Positions 58,091 through 64,000 of a stretch of 64,000 nt of DNA are shown here, one piece after another. Position numbers and translations under genes: made by a program. The notes under the pieces were generated by a model. The model had not been told where the DNA came from. It was given only the letters and a program-made list of their open reading frames with translations, and ran no database searches. Origin of the DNA: Promethearchaeota archaeon (GTDB lineage: Archaea; Asgardarchaeota; Lokiarchaeia; Sigyniarchaeales; SOKP01); NCBI GenBank assembly GCA_016839585.1, contig JAEOTZ010000058.1:65792-129791 (forward strand), in the 5' to 3' direction. Positions within the stretch are counted from its first letter, which is position 1. The number at the start of each line of letters is the position of its first letter.

Positions 58091-58945
58091 ATGTTTAAAA
58101 ATAATACTAATTCTTGGATAAAGAAACTAATTATTCTTTTCATATTTATAGGCGTAATTATGTTAACTGCTGAAGTAGACTGGGTTGCTGAGCATCCTAA
58201 CGTAGGAATCTCTGTGCGATTAATATGGTTAATTAGTTTATTAAGTTTAGGTTTAATTTTATCCCTTCTATTTATGTATTTTGCAGGCAATGACGAAAGC
58301 GAAAGAGGAGAATCTGATAAAAAGTGGTTTATAATAGCTATTATTCTATTCATAATCGCTAATGGAATTCCAATCGTGTTTTATGCAATACTTGGAATCT
58401 CACCAGGTTTCTTTATATATCTTCAATTAATTTTGTTTGGGCTAATTCCGGCTTTTTTTCATCAACCAAAAGAAATAAAACATCGAATTCTAATATTAGT
58501 TATTCTTTTTGCAGTTATTCTTATCCCCGTAGGGATTTTTGTCAATTTAACAATTGATGCTATTTGGTATAAGGGAGTAGATGATAAAACTATGTATTAT
58601 TTATCCTTCTGGGGATTATTAATGACCTTTTTCTATCTTATTGTTGCGATTGGCTGGAAATTGGGTGGTGGCACTAAAAGGCAAAGCTGGAATATATTCG
58701 TGGCTGGAACTCTTTTACAATATAGCACTCTCGAAGATTTTTTCTACTTCTTGTTAAATGGGCAATCACTTCCTGGTACTTGGCCTTGGATGAGTAATTT
58801 CGTTATTGATTTAAAAACTTTATTTGGGCATGTTCCAACTGACTTGGATCTTCTCATTTTTTGTCTAATAATAAGTATCATTGCACTGTTTATTCTTTTT
58901 GATGGTCATGGCTATCTATGGACAAAGATTAGAAAAAGTGGCTAA
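58091..58945 (+). CDS. Polytopic (about 8 TM) membrane protein, unknown function
   Basis: Hydrophobic throughout. It is bracketed by the two LuxE-like genes. Confidence 0.6.
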   Translation: MFKNNTNSWIKKLIILFIFIGVIMLTAEVDWVAEHPNVGISVRLIWLISLLSLGLILSLLFMYFAGNDESERGESDKKWFIIAIILFIIANGIPIVFYAILGISPGFFIYLQLILFGLIPAFFHQPKEIKHRILILVILFAVILIPVGIFVNLTIDAIWYKGVDDKTMYYLSFWGLLMTFFYLIVAIGWKLGGGTKRQSWNIFVAGTLLQYSTLEDFFYFLLNGQSLPGTWPWMSNFVIDLKTLFGHVPTDLDLLIFCLIISIIALFILFDGHGYLWTKIRKSG

Positions 58946-58963
58946 TAAGAATAAAAGGATAAA

Positions 58964-60265
58964 TTAATGAAGCCAATCAATTATTGAAGAGCAACTTCTA
59001 CCTTGAGCATCCGTTAATCTTCCGATAACTCTAAATGTAGCACCTTCATAACCACATTCTGGACATTTCTTTTTTGAAATAAGCTTTACAATATCGTCAA
59101 CTAGAACTGCCTGATTTATGCTACCATTTACACCGTATGGAGTAATTACTTCGAGCAAACCTTCCATACCATCATTTACAGGTTCTAACTTATCTAGATC
59201 TCTTACTATAATCCTAGAGGTATCAGGGCAATGTAATAAGAAGTCTTGGTATTTTTCAGACCAGTGTCCTCCAAAGAGAGTCGGACCCTCTGTAAATGCG
59301 TAAATATCGGCAATATCTTTCGATTTAATGTTAAAAATTTTTTCATAATTTTCAATAAATCTAACTTTTTCTACTGCGTCTAATTTTGCTTCACCCTTAA
59401 CGCCATCCCATCCTCCACCACCACAACCAACGAAAGCTAGACCATCAAGATCAAAAAAAACGTTTTCTTTTGATAATCTTTTCTCAAACATGTTATTCAT
59501 TAAAAGTGGGCTCCCACCAAATATAATTTTACTCACTTCTATTCCTTTCCAATGCCCTGTTTTTAGAATTGTTGTAACCATTTTCAGCATTTTACTTACA
59601 TCTAATATAAAACCCCCTCTTATTGAAAGAGATGAAATTATTGCCCAAATTGTTTTTAAAATTTTTCCTTTTATCATATATTCCTCATGCCCATAGTATT
59701 CCCATGGTTTATTCATGCATGCTGTGAAATAGCGTGTTTTTTTAACATATTCAAATCCTTTAGCATTTTTTTTTGCCATAAATGACATCATTAAACGATT
59801 TGGTGCAAAATTAAAAACAAGACATCTTTTGGGACCAACTTTTAAGTCCTTCCATCTAAAAAACTCTGTAAAAACTTTAATTGAATTATATTGTATCTGG
59901 TCAAAATCCTCTAATGTTCGAGGCACAATTGAGGGATCCCCTGTTGTAGAAGATGAACATGAAAATAATACAATTTTATCAATAGGTACTTTTAGTAGTT
60001 GTGAGGTTCGACCTTCTGATTTTTTATAAATGTCAGTAGGAGTATAGGGGATTGTTTCTAAATTATCGATTGTTAATTTCTCTGGAATTTTAAAATCAAA
60101 CTTCTTACAAAAATTATCTTTGTAATAATTACAATTATTATAGGCAACCTTTATTTGTTCTAATAAATCTTCGCAAAATTTTTCATCTGGATAAGGAGTA
60201 GGTTTAAAATCAAAATATTTCGTTTGTAATTCTTCAGGTAAATAATCATGTGCTTTAAATACCAA
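58964..60265 (-). CDS. LuxE-type acyl-protein synthetase-like enzyme (paralog)
   Basis: Carries CSSSTTGDPS, GCGGGGWDGVKGE, CPECGYEGATFRVIGR and GRSCSS (Cys 9 residues from the C-terminus). Confidence 0.6.
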   Translation of the reverse strand: MVFKAHDYLPEELQTKYFDFKPTPYPDEKFCEDLLEQIKVAYNNCNYYKDNFCKKFDFKIPEKLTIDNLETIPYTPTDIYKKSEGRTSQLLKVPIDKIVLFSCSSSTTGDPSIVPRTLEDFDQIQYNSIKVFTEFFRWKDLKVGPKRCLVFNFAPNRLMMSFMAKKNAKGFEYVKKTRYFTACMNKPWEYYGHEEYMIKGKILKTIWAIISSLSIRGGFILDVSKMLKMVTTILKTGHWKGIEVSKIIFGGSPLLMNNMFEKRLSKENVFFDLDGLAFVGCGGGGWDGVKGEAKLDAVEKVRFIENYEKIFNIKSKDIADIYAFTEGPTLFGGHWSEKYQDFLLHCPDTSRIIVRDLDKLEPVNDGMEGLLEVITPYGVNGSINQAVLVDDIVKLISKKKCPECGYEGATFRVIGRLTDAQGRSCSSIIDWLH

Positions 60266-60362
60266 AAAAATAACCTAATTTCAAAATTTTTTGTATTAAT
60301 TTAAAGAATTACGGGTAAATAATTAAATCTTATCTGATATTAATAAAAAAAAAGAAAATAAA

Positions 60363-61715
60363 TTATATAGTAGATAAGGCTACTATTTCTGCTTCTTCTT
60401 TTTCGAAAAGCATTGGCGTTTTTTCCCAACTTAAATCTTTAGGAAGTTTAAATTGACGTAAAAACATATAAAGATGAATAAAGCCACTTATTGGAAAAAA
60501 TAATAAAAGACTGTAATGTTTATCACAATATTTACGTATGGCATTGAATATAAATCCAAATTGAAAGATCAAGCAGAAAAGGCTCCAACTTAGTAAATAA
60601 AATTCTCCAATCATAAAATAAAATATTGCAAAACCAATTATAATAGGGATCCACGTATCTAAATTCGCTATAACCATCATTGTCATATTTCTGGAGATAA
60701 CTAGTGATTTCCCATTCTTTTTTTCGCTTTTCATTTGCATTAATTGTGGCATATCAAAAATAAATCCTGCTAGCCAGCGTGTTCGTTGTTTTACTAGAAT
60801 CTCCCATGTATTTGGCACATATTCGTAAATTTTTGCCTTGGGCGAAAAGTAAATTTGTACTCCATCTAAATTTAAAAGCACAGAAAGATATAAATCCTCT
60901 GTCATTGAATCTTCATTAAAACCTCCATATTTCAGTAGATATTTCGTCCTAACAGCAAAATTTCGCCCAAATGAATAAGCTGATGACCCTAATCTATTTT
61001 TAATTTCAAATAATAATCCCCCTCCAGAAACAATAGAATAATCAAGAAAGATACCTTTAGTTAATTTATTATCTTTCCAATTTTTAACTAAAACAGGACC
61101 TATAACTGCATTATATCTATCATCTTGAAATGGTGAGATTAAATGTTTTAATGTATCTGGTTGTAAAATACAACCTGCATCATAAAGGACAACAATATCA
61201 TTTTTTACATATTTTAAACCATAATTCAGGGCTGGGGGTTTTCCCTTTTTAGGAAGATCCTCTGATAACACTTCTATCTCTATTGCGTTATGTTCTCTAG
61301 CAAAATTTCTACAAAAATCGGTTGTATCATCTGTCGATCCACTTGTTATTACAATTATTTGGATGTTTTCTTTGGGATAATTTGACTCAATAATCGAGTT
61401 TAAAGTCCTCTCTATTAGTATTCTTTCATTTTTACAAGCAATTAATATGCTTATATTAGTATAATAAGGTGTTTTGGTTCGATAGCCTCTCCCAAATGAT
61501 GCTAAGAAATGTATTCCATAAAAAATAACGAATCCTAACAACATAACTAGACCAATTAATGGAAATATGAACCACCAGTAAGTTAAAGGCTTAAGGATGA
61601 ATCTATCAATTGCTCTTTTTACTCCCGATGACCAGAAAGGTGCTAAATACATATGAAATAGCGTAAAGACTATCACCAATACACATCCATGTAGTAAATA
61701 TCTTGTAATTTTCAT
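60363..61715 (-). CDS. Processive membrane-embedded family 2 glycosyltransferase (synthase type; cellulose/chitin/PNAG-synthase-like)
   Basis: TM helices flank a GT-A core with ISILIACKNE, YDAG, TED and QRTRWLAG (the Q-x-x-R-W motif). Confidence 0.85.
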   Translation of the reverse strand: MKITRYLLHGCVLVIVFTLFHMYLAPFWSSGVKRAIDRFILKPLTYWWFIFPLIGLVMLLGFVIFYGIHFLASFGRGYRTKTPYYTNISILIACKNERILIERTLNSIIESNYPKENIQIIVITSGSTDDTTDFCRNFAREHNAIEIEVLSEDLPKKGKPPALNYGLKYVKNDIVVLYDAGCILQPDTLKHLISPFQDDRYNAVIGPVLVKNWKDNKLTKGIFLDYSIVSGGGLLFEIKNRLGSSAYSFGRNFAVRTKYLLKYGGFNEDSMTEDLYLSVLLNLDGVQIYFSPKAKIYEYVPNTWEILVKQRTRWLAGFIFDMPQLMQMKSEKKNGKSLVISRNMTMMVIANLDTWIPIIIGFAIFYFMIGEFYLLSWSLFCLIFQFGFIFNAIRKYCDKHYSLLLFFPISGFIHLYMFLRQFKLPKDLSWEKTPMLFEKEEAEIVALSTI

Positions 61716-61719
61716 CTTT

Positions 61720-62655
61720 TCATTCTCTCTTAATTTTATCCAATTTTTTTAAATTTTTCCAAATATATCTAGCAAAAAGAATAACTGAAAGGGTCATAAT
61801 ACCTAAAAGACTGATTTGATAAATCAACATTGTCCAATTCACTACCCATTCGTGTGACGCAGACCATATTTCAGTTGCATCGGGATTAATCAAATGTGTT
61901 AATAATACCACAAGACTAGAAGTGCCATAGAGTGCAAAAAACGTAGTTATTAATAATATTCGCGTTATTCTCTCACCAATAAATGGTTTTGTCTCATGTA
62001 GACCTAAACCTTCATGTCTTGCTCTCATGTACTCATAAATAAAAATTAGTAAGATATTGGTCCAAACCATCCATGCAAAATCGAATCCATTCGATAAAAC
62101 CACTAAATTAGTAGGAACTAAACATACCAACATTAATGTATCGCTTACTCTATCAATCACATTATCTAACCAACCCCCACTTTTTGATTTTATATCCAAT
62201 AACCTTGCTATTGATCCATCAATTCCATCGATAATTCCTGTCACTAGTACTAAAGCAGCAAGACCAAAAAACAAAGAGCCATAACCAAGTTGGTCAGAAA
62301 ACAAATCTAATGTGTGCCCCTTACTAGCCATTATAACACCATAAAATATGAGAAATGATAATATTAGATTTATGAAAGATACTAAATTTGGAGTTAAGCC
62401 CCATTTGATAAAGATTTTTGCTCCGTGATATGTTATTGGCATATAGATTTTTCCTGCTGGATCCTTTTTCATTTTTGCAAATTGTTCTTCTTGCTTGTGA
62501 GCCTGTCCATGATCATTCAGCCAATCTTTTATAAATTCATCCAAGCTCATAAATTCCTGTTTTGGATATTTTTTAGAGATTCCAATAATGAAAATAATAA
62601 TTAGAATCCCAAGCAAAACTAGCGGAAATACTATTTCAAATATTATTTTTGTCAT
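61720..62655 (-). CDS. CDP-alcohol phosphatidyltransferase-family protein with an N-terminal extension
   Basis: DGIDGSIARLLDIKSKSGGWLDNVIDRVSD fits D-x2-D-G-x2-A-R-x8-G-x3-D-x3-D. It lies 4 nt upstream of the GT2 synthase gene. Confidence 0.85.
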   Translation of the reverse strand: MTKIIFEIVFPLVLLGILIIIFIIGISKKYPKQEFMSLDEFIKDWLNDHGQAHKQEEQFAKMKKDPAGKIYMPITYHGAKIFIKWGLTPNLVSFINLILSFLIFYGVIMASKGHTLDLFSDQLGYGSLFFGLAALVLVTGIIDGIDGSIARLLDIKSKSGGWLDNVIDRVSDTLMLVCLVPTNLVVLSNGFDFAWMVWTNILLIFIYEYMRARHEGLGLHETKPFIGERITRILLITTFFALYGTSSLVVLLTHLINPDATEIWSASHEWVVNWTMLIYQISLLGIMTLSVILFARYIWKNLKKLDKIKRE

Positions 62656-62832
62656 ATCACTCGCCGGGTATTATTTTATTCTTTATTGTTCTTATAAATT
62701 TGAAATTGGTAATTTAATATAGAGTATAATATATTATTTAAATTTAGTGTAAATTAGATGATTAAATGAAAGGTTATTATATTCAACTTGTATTTATAAT
62801 ATTAATACTATCATCTAGGTAGAATAAATATC

Positions 62833-64000
62833 TTGAAGAACCTTGAACCTTTTTTTAACCCAAAAAGTATCTTAATTGTAGGCGTTTCAAGGAAAGCTTA
62901 TACTTTTAGTTATACTGTCTTAAAAAACCTTTTAGAGATTTTTTATCAAGGCAAACTCTACATATTAAACCCTAATGCTAATGAGGTATTAGGTGTTAAA
63001 TCCTATCATTCTTTAGAAGAATTACCTGAAATTCCAGAACTAGCAGTAATAGTTTTAGGTACGAAAATATTAGACATTGTGGAAGAATTAGGGAAGTATG
63101 GTGTGAAATATGTAACAATTCAATCTGAATTAAAAACAGGAATTAATGATACTGATTTAACATTAAAATTGCATAAAGTCTGTGAAAAATATGGGATAAC
63201 CTATTTAGGACCTTCAATGATAGGAATTATTAACTTTATTGATAACTTTACGACATCAATTATTCCTGTTAGACAACATATAATGCGAGAAAATAAGAAC
63301 ATAACAGAGGGTATAGGTTTCATAGCACAATCTGGAGGGTTAGCAGGTGCTCTAGGGTGGTGGACCCCCTCACAAAAATTACCCATATCAAAAGTTATAC
63401 ACTTAGGAAAAGGCTTTCACGTTAATGAACAAGATATTATTGAATTCTTTCTTAATGATAAAACAGTTAAAGTTATTTCTTTGTTTTTAAGGGAAATTTC
63501 GGATGACCTAATTGACGCAGTAAAGAATATCTCTCAATATAAACCCGTTCTTTTCTTTTATGTAGGAAAAGATGAATTAAAAGAAAGAGAATTAGAAAAA
63601 GCAGGAGGAATATCAGTATTAAATTACATTGAGCTTTTTGAGATAGCTAAGATATTCTTATGGTGTCCAGAGCCTAAGGGTCCCAATTTAGGGATTATTG
63701 GACCTAGTTCTGGTGCAATTCATCTAATTGTAAAAGAAATGAGAAAACAACATTTATCTTTGGCAAAACCAGATAAAGAATCTCAAGACATAATTATAAA
63801 TAAAATAGGTGGCTCTACTTGCGCATATGGTAACCCTGTTGATTATTGGCCCCCAGAGAAATTTATAGGTATTAAAATTTGTGGTATCTATAATACATCT
63901 GCTTCTACTTTATTAAAGGACGAACATGTTGATGGATTAATCCTTGCCTTGGAATTTTTTATTGAAATTGAATTTGATTTTAATATATTTGATAGTATAA
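62833..64000 (+). CDS. ADP-forming acyl-CoA synthetase (ACD)/CoA-binding-domain protein, 3'-truncated by the window end (not in the ORF track)
   Basis: Open from the TTG at 62833 to the window end with no stop. It carries FNPKSILIVGVS, YILNPNANEVLG, LAVIVLG, YLGPSMIGIIN and FIAQSGG. Confidence 0.6.
   Translation, partial: MKNLEPFFNPKSILIVGVSRKAYTFSYTVLKNLLEIFYQGKLYILNPNANEVLGVKSYHSLEELPEIPELAVIVLGTKILDIVEELGKYGVKYVTIQSELKTGINDTDLTLKLHKVCEKYGITYLGPSMIGIINFIDNFTTSIIPVRQHIMRENKNITEGIGFIAQSGGLAGALGWWTPSQKLPISKVIHLGKGFHVNEQDIIEFFLNDKTVKVISLFLREISDDLIDAVKNISQYKPVLFFYVGKDELKERELEKAGGISVLNYIELFEIAKIFLWCPEPKGPNLGIIGPSSGAIHLIVKEMRKQHLSLAKPDKESQDIIINKIGGSTCAYGNPVDYWPPEKFIGIKICGIYNTSASTLLKDEHVDGLILALEFFIEIEFDFNIFDSI

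Noticed and set aside
1-64000. CRISPR arrays, tRNA/rRNA genes, IS elements, integrases and prophage or defence-island signatures
   Set aside because: I saw no regularly spaced repeats. The only GC-rich RNA-like island is the RNase P RNA. No transposase, integrase, restriction, Cas or other recognisable defence domains are present. The only nuclease- or NTPase-like genes (DUF123, THEP1) stand in ordinary contexts.

Overview
This is a very AT-rich, gene-dense chromosomal segment that is almost certainly archaeal. The evidence is an L10e/uL16 ribosomal protein, an RNase P RNA behind a TATA/BRE-like promoter, a DUF123 protein and frequent TTG/GTG starts. The lineage cannot be fixed without a database search; an uncultivated low-GC archaeon is plausible. 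I found no rRNA, tRNA, CRISPR array, transposase or integrase. The ORF track cannot show three things: a ~327-nt RNase P RNA (22371-22697), a 35-codon zinc-ribbon ORF, and a 3'-truncated ADP-forming acyl-CoA-synthetase-like gene that runs off the window end.

Gene content, in order:
- 1.8-5.7 kb: three MscS-type channels plus CorA.
- 6-8.3 kb: small membrane proteins flanked by a ~145-bp partial gene duplication.
- 8.4-15 kb: a beta-oxidation-like set (SDR, acyl-CoA dehydrogenase, MenB/BadI-type crotonase, SRPBCC protein, NMO-type reductase).
- 16.0-19.9 kb: a 1285-aa protein joining TPR-like helical repeats to a C-terminal carbon-nitrogen hydrolase.
- 20-31 kb: a K+-independent-type H+-pyrophosphatase, a rubrerythrin-like protein with a degenerate di-iron site and three rubredoxin-like modules, an SPFH protein, glutamine synthetase, and a secreted C11 (clostripain-like) peptidase.
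- 32-38 kb: a rearranged dnaJ / dnaK / grpE locus.
- 39.5-42.6 kb: a methylmalonyl-CoA mutase operon (large subunit, B12 subunit, MeaB).
- 42.8-47 kb: a LutAB-like pair and a radical SAM protein.

The best candidates for undescribed biology are two. First, the ~15-kb mosaic envelope-tailoring island at 48.3-64 kb. It holds two divergent cobalamin-type radical SAM paralogs, one translationally coupled to a sulfotransferase, plus a CE4 deacetylase, UDP-galactopyranose mutase, two GT2s (one processive), a membrane-anchored LbH acyltransferase, two LuxE-type acyl-protein synthetase paralogs bracketing a polytopic membrane protein, and a CDP-alcohol phosphatidyltransferase. Second, the TPR/CN-hydrolase giant protein.

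All functional calls come from reading motifs in the supplied translations. None has been confirmed by a search.
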